In this document: one piece after another, positions 19,731 through 28,735 of the stretch | Position numbering within the stretch: position 1 is the stretch's first letter | Layout of the letters: each line of letters starts with the position of its first letter | Assembly (NCBI GenBank): GCA_003140295.1 | Contig: PLJR01000171.1 | Coordinates: forward strand, 1 to 42,571 | From: Acidobacteriota bacterium | Lineage (GTDB): Bacteria > Acidobacteriota > Terriglobia > Acidiferrales > UBA7541 | Direction of reading: 5' to 3' | DNA: 42,571 nucleotides | The notes under the pieces: model-generated | The model's input: the letters and a program-made list of their open reading frames with translations, nothing else | What the model was told of the DNA's origin: nothing | Databases searched by the model: none | Translations under genes and position numbers: made by a program

Positions 19731-20834
19731 TCAGTTCACTGTAGCGGAAATTGTAGCTACCCGCTGACCGATTTCCAGTGCTTTCAAAATCCCTTCCAGG
19801 CGGAACGTCTCCAGTTTTGCCGTGACCATCCGCTTCTGTTCTTCGGCGGGATGGACGTATCGCATCGTCATTTGGATCTTTGTGTGCCCCAGTATCGAAG
19901 CTAAAGTGGGAAGATCAGCGCCAGCGGCGACCGCTCGGGTTGCGAAGGTGTGGCGCAAATCATAGAGATGGAAATGCTCGACGATACCCGCCCGCTTCAC
20001 TGCGGCATCATGGGCCTTGCGTACACTCGCTATTGGCTTATCTCGGTCTGACGAAGGAAAAACATATGAGCCTTCGGCTTCGGCCGCTCGCTTCTTTAGT
20101 AGGGCATGAACCTCAGCCGTCATAGCCACTTTGCGTCGGGCGGCTTTCGTCTTTCCGAACGGGTTGAAAATTGTACCCCCCGCAAAATCGATATTTTCTA
20201 CCTGAATGCGGAATGCCTCTTCGGGCCGCAGGCCGGTATCCAGAATGATCTGAGAAATATCCTTGAGAGGCTGGCTCGCCTTGGCCAGGTATTTAATCTC
20301 TTCATCAAAACTCAGAACCCTCATTCGTCCGCTCGATTCAGGGAGAAACGCTATGCCCTTTGTAGGGTTTGACACGGCGAAGCCGCAGCGCTCGGCATAA
20401 TGGTAGAAGAGCTTCAGTGTGGTGAGTGCACGATTTACGGTTGCTCCCGAAATTACCCTTCCGTCCTTTGCATTTCGGCGCGGTTCGCCGATCCGCACCG
20501 CCTTGAAATCCTCCACCATTGCCGGCGTGATATCGTCAAGCCACTGCCCGCGGAAGAAGCGCAACAGGGTGTCGCAGTTCCCCGAATGGAGCTCCCACGT
20601 TTTCGGGCGGTGTTGCTGCTTCGACCACTCGAGGAATTTCTTTGCATGCTCTTCGAACTTCGGAGCGAGCTTGGCGCGCTTGAATCCCGCCCGCCGGTCA
20701 ATGAGGTCTGCCCTGCGCTTCGCTTCAACTCTCAGGGCCGCTGTCTTATTGGTGCAGCCCGACGAGCACTGAACGTGCCGTGCTTGGAATTCGAAGTGAT
20801 ACCACCAAACCTTGCCGCGTCGATAGACCGCCAT
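19731..20834 (-). CDS. tyrosine recombinase / integrase (Int1)
   Basis: N-terminal arm-type motif VYRRGKVWWYHFEF. Catalytic signature TGLRPEEA, YDLRHTFATRAV, LGHTKIQMTMRYVH. It lies 39 nt from the tRNA-Asp 3' end. Confidence 0.9.
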   Translation of the reverse strand: MAVYRRGKVWWYHFEFQARHVQCSSGCTNKTAALRVEAKRRADLIDRRAGFKRAKLAPKFEEHAKKFLEWSKQQHRPKTWELHSGNCDTLLRFFRGQWLDDITPAMVEDFKAVRIGEPRRNAKDGRVISGATVNRALTTLKLFYHYAERCGFAVSNPTKGIAFLPESSGRMRVLSFDEEIKYLAKASQPLKDISQIILDTGLRPEEAFRIQVENIDFAGGTIFNPFGKTKAARRKVAMTAEVHALLKKRAAEAEGSYVFPSSDRDKPIASVRKAHDAAVKRAGIVEHFHLYDLRHTFATRAVAAGADLPTLASILGHTKIQMTMRYVHPAEEQKRMVTAKLETFRLEGILKALEIGQRVATISATVN

Positions 20835-20836
20835 GG

Positions 20837-21112
20837 CTAGTTGTTCCTCCTAGCGTTGGATGGGTCGTTCTCGACGCGCACTATACGCTCCTGTAGCCAC
20901 GCATCCAAATCAGCCGAACGATAGCGCACGCAGTTCCTGCTGATCTTGATGAATGGAATGCCTCGGCGCTGACTTCGCCATTGCGCCAAAGTCTCGACCG
21001 AGAGACCGGTGATCTTCGCCAGGTCGTCGGCGGTCAAAAGTCGAGAATTGGCTGACGACACCTGGCCGCTCTGCTGTGCCGGAGATTTCACGAGTTTGGG
21101 CGCGGTTGCCAT
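20837..21112 (-). CDS. excisionase-family / MerR-type HTH DNA-binding protein (Xis-like)
   Basis: LTADDLAKITGLSVETLAQWRSQRRGIPFIKISRNCVRYRSADLDAWL. Sits immediately upstream of Int1. Confidence 0.75.
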   Translation of the reverse strand: MATAPKLVKSPAQQSGQVSSANSRLLTADDLAKITGLSVETLAQWRSQRRGIPFIKISRNCVRYRSADLDAWLQERIVRVENDPSNARRNN

Positions 21113-22546
21113 TTATCTCCGGGAGGGATTATTACCTTTGGACTGCGCGTAAGTCCCGGCAGCGATTCGACCGGCGATCTTAGCTACCTCCGCAACGCTC
21201 CCGGACGCCATGGCGTCGGCGAGTTCGTTCTTCATCACCGCAGACGTAGTGCGCCACGCTGGAGACCGGATTACTTCGCTTGTGGCCAGCATGATCGTCG
21301 AAGCCGCCGCTGCGTCGAGTCCGCCCATGGGTGTAAGCCCTCCAAGAGCCAGCCCAGCCGCCGCACCAGCAATGGGAGCGATGACGCGCGTAAGGCCGCC
21401 TTGCTGCCCTACGCGCCGTTGATTGGTAGCGCCGATCACATCTCCCACCTGGCTCCAGAAATGAAACTCGCCGTTAATCTTGGCGATGTCCGGGCTTTGC
21501 CGTGAGAGTTCGCGGCGAATGGCGTTGGCCGCTTCCTTCTGTGCATCGAGCGCAGTGCCTTCCGCGATGGTTTTCCCCGCGTACCCGCCGCTGCGCGCCA
21601 CGCCCTTATCGAGAATGTGACGGACTTTGTTGAGGCTTTGATAGGAGACGTTAGGCCCAAGTTGAGTGATCGTGTCCTGTAGTTTCTCGACGTTTTTTAC
21701 CGCCGCTTCATCCACCGCGACGCCGTTAACGATGAAGCCCTGCTTGTATTTTTCGAGGCTCTTAACTACTGTGGCCGTGTCTGGCTTCACCGTTGTGGGA
21801 ACTTTAGAAACCGCGTCATTGATCTTCCCGCCCAGTGTTTCCGTTTGCTGCGCCGCCTTGTTTTCAAGCCCTTGCCCGGAGAGCGCCAGTTGCCGGCGTT
21901 CCAGAAGTTCCGGCACGATCTTATCCGTCATATTCTTAGTGGTCTGTTTTGTGGGGCTCAAGAATTTCTGATACTGGTTTTCAGCCGCACGCTTCACCAC
22001 GGGGGCCGCCGCCGATACGGCTTCACCCAGCGTCGCGGCACCAGCACCGATGGCCGCTGAGGGGCCGGGTTGCTGTCCATGCAATATTGCATTTCCGCCA
22101 GCGTTCGCACTCTCTGCTGCGATACGCGCCGCTGCTGCGGGGATTTTCGTCGCAGCGGAAAACGCCTCCGCACCCTCGCGCAGCGGGCCACCGGCGAGCG
22201 TCATCTCTGCCGCTTGCTCAAGTCCGCCTCCCACCTTTTGTGCGGTGTTGGTTTCTTCCAATCGCTTCGGTGCAACTGGCGGGGCGGGAATGTATTTATC
22301 TCCGTAAGGCAGCACGGCACGCAGTCCGGTATTCACTGCTCCGGCGAGATTGTAAGGTGTCGAAGCGAGGCTCTTTCCCGCGCCAGTAGCAACGTCGCCC
22401 AGCGTTTCTCCCACCTTGGCAATGTAGGGATGGCGCTGCGAAAAGGTTTGTGGCGCGGTTTTTTCAGGAGGCTCTATTTCGTACTTCGTTTGCGCCTGAT
22501 CTGGCGGCTCTATTTCGTAGACGGTACTGCCGTCGGACTGACCCAT
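21113..22546 (-). CDS. hypothetical 477-aa Ala/Gly-rich protein with a hydrophobic C-terminal region
   Basis: Long ORF abutting the xis start. N-terminal 12-aa tandem duplication (YEIEPPDQAQTK/YEIEPPEKTAPQ). C-terminal IAPIAGAAAGLALGGLTPMGG. No family recognised. Confidence 0.6.
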   Translation of the reverse strand: MGQSDGSTVYEIEPPDQAQTKYEIEPPEKTAPQTFSQRHPYIAKVGETLGDVATGAGKSLASTPYNLAGAVNTGLRAVLPYGDKYIPAPPVAPKRLEETNTAQKVGGGLEQAAEMTLAGGPLREGAEAFSAATKIPAAAARIAAESANAGGNAILHGQQPGPSAAIGAGAATLGEAVSAAAPVVKRAAENQYQKFLSPTKQTTKNMTDKIVPELLERRQLALSGQGLENKAAQQTETLGGKINDAVSKVPTTVKPDTATVVKSLEKYKQGFIVNGVAVDEAAVKNVEKLQDTITQLGPNVSYQSLNKVRHILDKGVARSGGYAGKTIAEGTALDAQKEAANAIRRELSRQSPDIAKINGEFHFWSQVGDVIGATNQRRVGQQGGLTRVIAPIAGAAAGLALGGLTPMGGLDAAAASTIMLATSEVIRSPAWRTTSAVMKNELADAMASGSVAEVAKIAGRIAAGTYAQSKGNNPSRR

Positions 22547-22683
22547 GCACCACCACCTTTAGAAACTGCGATCACCTGTCCGTTGGCCCTGAGCTTGTGC
22601 CCCATGAGGGCGGGGAGTGAGTTCTGCGCATGATTCAGCACTGCCGGATCGGAGGATGATGAGAAGCAGAGCACTCTTACTTA

Positions 22684-25626
22684 TCATTTCCCGACCACCG
22701 TCCAGTTTTGTCCGTCACACAACACGAGCGCGTACGGGAGGGCCGGCGTGCCAGTTCCGGTCATCGTGGCGCCCCAGGTCGTCGTCGCGGGATCGGTCAC
22801 CATAGCCGTCCTACCTGCCATCGGAACTGAGCAGGTCTGCAGCGCCGCGAATAATTGCGGCATGTTGCCATTCACCACGATGGCGTTAGCCACGCCCGTA
22901 GCGGATTCGGTGGAAACGTAAGCCGTATCCCCGGCGTTCTTTTGGAGGGAAGTGAGCCCGGGGACTCCGTTGACCGTGAATGTGTTTGGGGCGGTAGCCG
23001 AAACGGCGCACTTCGCCGTGCCCCAACACATATCCGTCCAGTAAAAGGAACTGTCGTATCCGGGGCCGCCGATTAGCCCCAGCGTATCGGTCCCGGCGGT
23101 GGTGTTCGTCCGCTTGACAACTTCGCTCCGGTCGGTGGGGGCAATAGGATAGGTTGAACTAGCTTGCACGTTTACCACTGTGCCCGGAACCCCCACCACC
23201 ATTGCGGTGCCGTTCCACACCGGGTACACGTTTGCAGGCTGGCCAATGAACATTGCTGGTGTCGTGAAATCAGAAGTGAATGCCAAGGTTCCATTCGCGT
23301 TTTGCAGGGTGTAGGCGCGATTTGCCGTATTGAAGTGGGTGATGATGCCTTGGAATCCACCCACGTTTATGTTGAGCGGCCCGAGAATGTCTGACGGCGT
23401 TAGATGGCCTGCGATCTGCAAATCTCCCGGAGCGCCACCCGCGCAGCCCTGCCGTCCAATAGCGATGCATCCGCCCACACCTAGCCATCCGCCACTTTCA
23501 GTAAGCTGATCGGTCGCGGCGACTGTGGCAGGGTCATACTCCATCTGTATGGGCAGAAAATTTCCCGCACCGGCGCCGCCCGTATCGACAAACGGCGTGC
23601 CGGGAAGCGAGGAAATGAAGGCAACCGTAGTAACCGGGCTGGCAAGGTCATCTTCAATCGGGCCGCCGATGTGCCGATAAATCAAGTAAGAAGCTGCGCC
23701 CGTAACCGTGTAGGACAGCGTCATGCTCACCGAAGAAGTTGAGCCAGTAAGCGTGGTGCAGATGTCGCCGCTGGGAAAACCGTCTTTGCCTAAACTGTCC
23801 CGAACAACCACCATGTAGCAAACCAAGCCGGCCGGGAGCGTTCCTCCCGATGACGAAGGCGTGAGAAATAGAGACGGAGGGCCGATGGGAATCTTCATGC
23901 CGCCAGCAAAGGCTGCGCTTGGAGTGTTGGCGAACGTGGTCAAACCGCCGTGCTTGTTGATGTTGAAAAAGCTGTTGCTGTATCCGTAAATTCCGAGCGG
24001 GCAGTAGGACGCGATGCAGCCGATTTCGATTGCGCCATCAAAAAGATGTGGACCTTCTTGATTCGTGCCGGGTGGCTGGCGATAGATGGGCCCGACCGGG
24101 CCTGGATTTACGATCAAGCTCGAATAGAAGGTGTGCACGCCGGGGGTGCCGGTGAGTTGCACGATGGGCGTGGGCAGGCCGCCCGCATTGTCAGCGGTAA
24201 TCGGCTCGTACAAATCCCATGCGCCGTAGCCGCCGCCGGTGATGTCCAAGCAAAACATGCAATCCGATCCACCTTCATAGAGTTGCAGTTGCGAGTGAAT
24301 AAAGGTCGAATCTCCTCCGTGAGCGCAAAGATGGCTATCGAAGTTGACGCCCTTTTGGTCGAGGAACGTGCGGTCCCACAAAATGATGCGCGGCGGGTCG
24401 CAGCCCGGGCTGATATCGGTGGTGATGAAATTCATACTGGGTGCGCCGGTGGGCCATGGAGAATTAGCCAAAAAGCCGCCGCGCTCGAAGTAGTAGCCGA
24501 AGCCGTTCACGCCCTTGAACGGAATCCCAGCGTCGTTATTCACCTGCGACCAGATGTCCCTAAAGATCGTGTTGCCGCTCTTGTTCACGGCAAGCTGGGT
24601 GCCAGGGCCGTAGAAGGAAAGGCCAGAGACTAAACCGTCGAAACCCGAAGCATTTTCGAGGCTCAACACCGTACTGAGAGAAGTGTTAATTGGGCAGTTC
24701 GTGGTGTTCAGGAACGGAATGAAGCCGTTAGAATGCTGAAAGGGTTCGTGGCATTGTAGGGCGTACCCGCCGGGCACGTGCATGGTAGACGTGGGGTTGA
24801 ATCTGCCGCCAAACGACAGGGCAATGCCTTCGGTGGGTGAAGTGAACGTAATCGCGCCCGTGCAATTATCGGGGATGAATGGCGTGCCGCCCGTGATAAG
24901 TAGGCCATTTATCGCGTTGTTCATCTGCACAGTGTTGATGGTCACGCCATCACACGGCTGGCTTCCGTATGCCGCATTCGTAATGGCTGTGATCGGGTTG
25001 GGTCCGAGATTTGGGTAGCCGGTTCCACTCCCCCCGCCTCCTGATCCGCACCCGCCCGTGGTCACGCAGGGGTAAGTCACCTGCCGGAATGTCGTGGCGA
25101 CGTTCGGGCCGTAGATTTGCAGCCAGTACGGTCCCGGGGCGATACCGAAGGCGTAATTACCCAAGCCATCGGTCAGCGTGGGATTGGAAATTGGCGTTCC
25201 CAGCGTGGTGTCGGAGTAAAGCGCAGCGAGCGATGCGCACGGGCCGCTCGTGCCGCGCTGCACCGCAGTTCCGACCGACGCGCCCGCAGCATTCGCATGA
25301 GTCAGCGGGTAGGTGATCGTGCTGGTGGAAACCGCCAGGATGGTGAAGTTGCCGTTGAAATAAGTGTCGGCGCCAGTAAAACCCGCAACCGTCAGCGTGC
25401 CGCCCACGATGAAGCCCGCCGTCACGGGATTGGACGACATGACGAGTGTGGCAAGATTGTTTGTCACCGCAGCACTGGCAATGGTAGCCGGCGAGCATAC
25501 GGCCACGCTCGCGCCAGCCAGCGGCAGGCCCGCACCACTCTGCGCGGTGTTGTTTTCCTGATAGCCCTGGGCACGCGCGACGGTCGCGCATAGCAGGATG
25601 CCGAGGATGAGCAGAAAGCGTTTCAT
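22684..25626 (-). CDS. 980-aa secreted protein; N-terminal Ig/CarboxypepD_reg-like region, Gly/Ser linker, beta-helix (pectate-lyase-3/tailspike-like) candidate
   Basis: Signal peptide MKRFLLILGILLCATVARAQG. GLGNYAFGIAPGPYWLQIYGP, linker GGCGSGGGGSGTG, and AYGSQPCDGVTINTVQMNNAINGL resemble the start of tailspike or glycosidase beta-helices. The C-terminus LVLCDGQNWTVVGK is tail-fibre-like. Confidence 0.65.
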   Translation of the reverse strand: MKRFLLILGILLCATVARAQGYQENNTAQSGAGLPLAGASVAVCSPATIASAAVTNNLATLVMSSNPVTAGFIVGGTLTVAGFTGADTYFNGNFTILAVSTSTITYPLTHANAAGASVGTAVQRGTSGPCASLAALYSDTTLGTPISNPTLTDGLGNYAFGIAPGPYWLQIYGPNVATTFRQVTYPCVTTGGCGSGGGGSGTGYPNLGPNPITAITNAAYGSQPCDGVTINTVQMNNAINGLLITGGTPFIPDNCTGAITFTSPTEGIALSFGGRFNPTSTMHVPGGYALQCHEPFQHSNGFIPFLNTTNCPINTSLSTVLSLENASGFDGLVSGLSFYGPGTQLAVNKSGNTIFRDIWSQVNNDAGIPFKGVNGFGYYFERGGFLANSPWPTGAPSMNFITTDISPGCDPPRIILWDRTFLDQKGVNFDSHLCAHGGDSTFIHSQLQLYEGGSDCMFCLDITGGGYGAWDLYEPITADNAGGLPTPIVQLTGTPGVHTFYSSLIVNPGPVGPIYRQPPGTNQEGPHLFDGAIEIGCIASYCPLGIYGYSNSFFNINKHGGLTTFANTPSAAFAGGMKIPIGPPSLFLTPSSSGGTLPAGLVCYMVVVRDSLGKDGFPSGDICTTLTGSTSSVSMTLSYTVTGAASYLIYRHIGGPIEDDLASPVTTVAFISSLPGTPFVDTGGAGAGNFLPIQMEYDPATVAATDQLTESGGWLGVGGCIAIGRQGCAGGAPGDLQIAGHLTPSDILGPLNINVGGFQGIITHFNTANRAYTLQNANGTLAFTSDFTTPAMFIGQPANVYPVWNGTAMVVGVPGTVVNVQASSTYPIAPTDRSEVVKRTNTTAGTDTLGLIGGPGYDSSFYWTDMCWGTAKCAVSATAPNTFTVNGVPGLTSLQKNAGDTAYVSTESATGVANAIVVNGNMPQLFAALQTCSVPMAGRTAMVTDPATTTWGATMTGTGTPALPYALVLCDGQNWTVVGK

Positions 25627-25642
25627 CGTTAGAAGGCTGAGT

Positions 25643-25664
25643 ACGTCACTAAAAACACGTCACT
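25643..25664 (-). promoter_or_regulatory. direct repeat ACGTCACT x2 (14-bp period) just upstream of the 980-aa gene
   Basis: ACGTCACT at 25643-25650 and at 25657-25664, 17-38 nt upstream of the ATG at 25626 on the minus strand. Confidence 0.3.
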
Positions 25665-25775
25665 GTCGGTCCGGGCGTGGGTTGCCGCCGCCTGCGGATG
25701 GTTCGTGTTCAGACCGGCCCGTTTTTCTCCCGGTCTTTTTCCGCTCTGCGGATACCAAACGTTTACGCGCATTAG

Positions 25776-26324
25776 TTAGCTTCTTAGAACCAGCATGTTT
25801 ACAGGACCGTACGAGTTCCCCCCGGCACTATTGCCGGCCGTGGTGGGCGGCACGGCTCCGAGGTAGTACACGGCGAAGATGGGCGTGCCAATCGTGGCAT
25901 CTCCGGTGATTGCGGCCTGATCGGCCCACTGGTCGCCGCCCGTCACAACTTCCCGCATGATCGCGTATTGCAGGTTGGCGGGGAGGGTTACCGGGCTGAT
26001 CGCGGCCCACCGATAAGCGTTTATCGGCCCTTTCGACATGTCGATTACTGCCGTCGCCAGAATGGTGAGCGCTCCGGCGTTGTCTGCTGCGAGGTAAATA
26101 TGCGTTGCCGGATTCGCGTTCCCGGCCACGCGCCACATGCCTAGTGCCGTGACCGTGTAATTCACTGATGCCGGCGTCCCAAAACTGAATCCCACGGCGC
26201 CGCTCGCGTCGCTTCTCAGCGAGCCAATGGATTGCGCGGTCACCAGCAGCGAGCCTGGGGGCGTAGGGAAGGCGTTCACCGGTATCGATGTTCTCGACCG
26301 CTCGCGTGTTCGTAAGAGTCCCAT
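25776..26324 (-). CDS. hypothetical 182-aa protein, possibly DUF4082-like beta-sandwich
   Basis: Strong SD (GGAGGAG, 7 nt before ATG 26324). GFSFGTPASVNYTVTALGMWRVAGNANPATHIYLA...AYRWAAISPVTLPANLQYAI resembles the DUF4082 pattern as I remember it; this was not tested. Confidence 0.55.
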   Translation of the reverse strand: MGLLRTRERSRTSIPVNAFPTPPGSLLVTAQSIGSLRSDASGAVGFSFGTPASVNYTVTALGMWRVAGNANPATHIYLAADNAGALTILATAVIDMSKGPINAYRWAAISPVTLPANLQYAIMREVVTGGDQWADQAAITGDATIGTPIFAVYYLGAVPPTTAGNSAGGNSYGPVNMLVLRS

Positions 26325-26379
26325 CTTCTAACTCCTCCCATTCAGAATCGTTGAGATTTTTGCCGCGCATGTTTTTCGC

Positions 26380-27738
26380 TCAGTCTGTTGCCGCGGTCCT
26401 TTCGCTTGCATTTTCCGAACTATGCCGCGCGATCGCTGGCGTCTCGAATCTCAGAGTTTCGATATTGAATGTGGCTTCTACGCGGCCGACACGTCCGTCT
26501 CGATGCTTCAGGACAATGACGCGCGCCTCCGTTTCATCGCCCTTCAGATCCCGCACAAAGGGCCTGTCCACGAAAACAACGCAGCTCGCATGCTTGGCTT
26601 TCGCACCGGACCCGTAAAGGCCCGCGAGCGTCGGGCGCCTGGCATCTTCCCCGGTGAGCGGCTTGCGGAGTTGCGAAACCAGGATGGCCACACAACTGAG
26701 CTCCATGGCCAGCGACTTCAACCCACGCACAATGTTTCGCTGCTGCTCAAATTCATCTTTCCCGGGCGCCGTAACCAACTCGTCGTAATCGACGATGAGC
26801 AGCTCCAGACCCTCGCGCCCCTTCAGCCGACGAGCGACACGGCGGATCATGGCGAGCGCGAGTTCACGATCAAGGATTTGGCAGCGCGTGCACTGGTGGC
26901 TCGCCGCAGCCACCAAAGCGTGCCAGTCCTGTTCTGTCAATCGATGAGGAAGGCGCATCTTCGAAGGTTTTACGTGTGCGTTCGCCGCCAGCTCCCGGGC
27001 GAGAAGTTGCGGAGCGAGCATTTCTCCCGAGCAAAAAAGCGAATGGTAGCCGTCAGTGCAGGCGCGTCGGCGCGTTTGTTGGACCAGCAACGTTTTCCCG
27101 TGGCCGGTGCCGCCTGTGAAAACCACAAGCTCGCCGGCACGAAACCCGCCAGTCAGTTCGTCGAGTCCTGACAGATCAGTGTGGATGCGCAGCGAGTCGG
27201 ACTTTTCCAGATTACTAAGAAGTGCAGCGCTGGCGTCCCGATAACTTATGGTGTGGTCTTCGTCCGCGGCGCTTTCCCGGGCGATCGCTGAGAAGTCCTC
27301 GATCGCGCAATCCAGTAGCGTGTTTGCGTCTTCACTGGCTTCAAATGCCCGCTGCTTAATTGCGTTCGCCGCGCGGATCACGGCTCGCAACGCTGCCCGG
27401 TCTTTGAGAGCGCGAATGTGATGCTCGAGCTTGAGTCCTGCAGGTATTCCATTGCAGAGACTCGCCAGGTATCCGATACCGCCAGCGATGGTCATCTTCT
27501 CCGTGCGGCTGAGCTCCGTTTGAACCGACAACAGATCCACCGCACGCCCCTTGGAGTGAAGCTGCTGAATTGCACCGGCGATGGCCTCATGCTCCGACAT
27601 GAAATAATCTTGAGGGCCCATTTGCTCAAGCAGCGCCGCGCGCGTTTTGTGTCCCTCTAAAATCGCTCCGAGGATGACCTTCTCGACCTCGGGAAGGTGC
27701 GGCATGGTCGGCTCCGTTGTCTCGATCGTCTTGTTCAT
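26380..27738 (-). CDS. DnaB-like replicative DNA helicase (mobile-element type)
   Basis: DnaB N-terminal-like PEVEKVILGAIL; Walker A FTGGTGHGKT; Walker B-like LLIVDYDEL. 452 aa, with a 4-bp overlap with the upstream gene. Confidence 0.85.
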   Translation of the reverse strand: MNKTIETTEPTMPHLPEVEKVILGAILEGHKTRAALLEQMGPQDYFMSEHEAIAGAIQQLHSKGRAVDLLSVQTELSRTEKMTIAGGIGYLASLCNGIPAGLKLEHHIRALKDRAALRAVIRAANAIKQRAFEASEDANTLLDCAIEDFSAIARESAADEDHTISYRDASAALLSNLEKSDSLRIHTDLSGLDELTGGFRAGELVVFTGGTGHGKTLLVQQTRRRACTDGYHSLFCSGEMLAPQLLARELAANAHVKPSKMRLPHRLTEQDWHALVAAASHQCTRCQILDRELALAMIRRVARRLKGREGLELLIVDYDELVTAPGKDEFEQQRNIVRGLKSLAMELSCVAILVSQLRKPLTGEDARRPTLAGLYGSGAKAKHASCVVFVDRPFVRDLKGDETEARVIVLKHRDGRVGRVEATFNIETLRFETPAIARHSSENASERTAATD

Positions 27739-28484
27739 GCATTCACCGTCGCCAGGGGAATTTCTTCTTTGAAGCCCGAGTCGGCCCCTACTTTTTCGGA
27801 GTGACGAAGCGAATTAAGCGCGCGGAAGAGGGGCGCCAAACCTCGTTTCCAGGTCTCGTCGCCGGCGTTCGAATCTCGCCAGCCATCCAGGCATCGGCCG
27901 ATCACCGCGGAAGGCGGCTCTCCGTTTCGAGAGGCCCAGCAACTCTCTAACAGCGCTCGAAAACTGGGATGCCCGCAAGGCTCTATTTCCAGGAAGGTCC
28001 ATACGGCGGCTGCAGCTGCTTTACTTCTACTGCCTTCTGCTGCTTTCTTAGGAGTGCGAATCGCCTGTGTTTTAGAGGCTATCCGAAGAGTGCTGATATC
28101 AGTGCTGGTATCAGTGCTGGGCTCGCCTGTGATTCCAGCAGATTTGCCGGTATCAATGGCGATACCAGCAGAGTTCGAGCGTTTTTGGTACTTCCGTATG
28201 CGAATTAGCGTGTATTGATGCTGGTTTCCGCGCCTTAGAACTTTTACGAAGCGCTGGCAAAGTTCGGCCATTGCACGTTTGACCTTAATTTTCGGCCAAC
28301 GCATTTCCTTTGCGATTTCCGCGTACGTAGTCTCTACAGTTCCACGTTTCTGGCCGGTCCAGTACGCTACTAAGTGCAACCATAGGTATAATTTCACCCC
28401 ATCACTCGACATCCGCCCGAGATGCTCACGAAGACCCCTTCGGATCGGAGCAAAACCGCGATCCTTGTAGCGAATGTTGCTCAC
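27735..28484 (-). CDS. replication-initiator-like winged-helix protein (phage O / DnaD-like architecture)
   Basis: N-terminal wHTH-like GVKLYLWLHLVAYWTGQKRGTVETTYAEIAKEMRWPKIKVKRAMAELCQRFV; low-complexity Ser/Thr/Asp linker; translationally coupled to the helicase. The assignment is an inference from position and architecture. Confidence 0.55.
   Translation of the reverse strand: MSNIRYKDRGFAPIRRGLREHLGRMSSDGVKLYLWLHLVAYWTGQKRGTVETTYAEIAKEMRWPKIKVKRAMAELCQRFVKVLRRGNQHQYTLIRIRKYQKRSNSAGIAIDTGKSAGITGEPSTDTSTDISTLRIASKTQAIRTPKKAAEGSRSKAAAAAVWTFLEIEPCGHPSFRALLESCWASRNGEPPSAVIGRCLDGWRDSNAGDETWKRGLAPLFRALNSLRHSEKVGADSGFKEEIPLATVNA
28089..28172. repeat. iteron-like repeats inside the initiator-like gene
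   Basis: Three tandem 12-mers: AGTGCTGATATC, AGTGCTGGTATC and AGTGCTGGGCTC (28089-28124). GATTCCAGCAGA at 28131 and GATACCAGCAGA at 28161. Inverted GGTATC-N6-GATACC at 28149-28166. Confidence 0.6.
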
Positions 28485-28735
28485 GGCACGCTCTCAATCG
28501 AGTTTGCGAGCTTGACGGCTATACGCGAAAGATTGCGCAAATTCGCCGGGCTGGATGGAAGGTCACGTTCAGCACGAAGCAACAAAAGACGGCATTGTCC
28601 GAGGAAAATCTCGACGTCAATAATCTCGTCGCCCGTGGCAAAATCCCTGTCGCGCCTTGTCCCGGGACATAAGGAATTGGTTGTTGAGCACGTCTCGGCG
28701 CCTTCGAGTGACCCGGCCTGGGCGCGTTTGGGCAT
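28481..28735 (-). CDS. hypothetical 84-aa protein
   Basis: Fits the overlapping-gene chain between the wHTH gene and the initiator-like gene. No motif recognised. Confidence 0.4.
   Translation of the reverse strand: MPKRAQAGSLEGAETCSTTNSLCPGTRRDRDFATGDEIIDVEIFLGQCRLLLLRAERDLPSSPANLRNLSRIAVKLANSIESVP

Noticed and set aside
26270-26370. A possible programmed frameshift joining ORF 25828..26370 (plausible N-terminus MRGKNLNDSEWEELEDG) to the 182-aa ORF.
   Set aside because: ATG 26324 has an excellent SD (GGAGGAG, 7 nt upstream), and that SD itself encodes the protein-like part of the other frame. The rest of the 180-aa frame is Arg-rich nonsense.
27860-27885. A tRNA T-loop-like string, GGCGTTCGAATCTCGCC, considered as an internal att or tRNA fragment.
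   Set aside because: No 5-bp stem closes the TTCGAAT loop, and there is no acceptor-like continuation. It lies inside the initiator-like CDS, so it is probably coincidental.
28089-28124. A tandem 12-bp repeat, considered as a mini CRISPR-like or satellite array.
   Set aside because: There are only three units, they have no spacers, and they are in frame inside a coding region. They are better explained as iteron-like or low-complexity linker sequence (see the findings).
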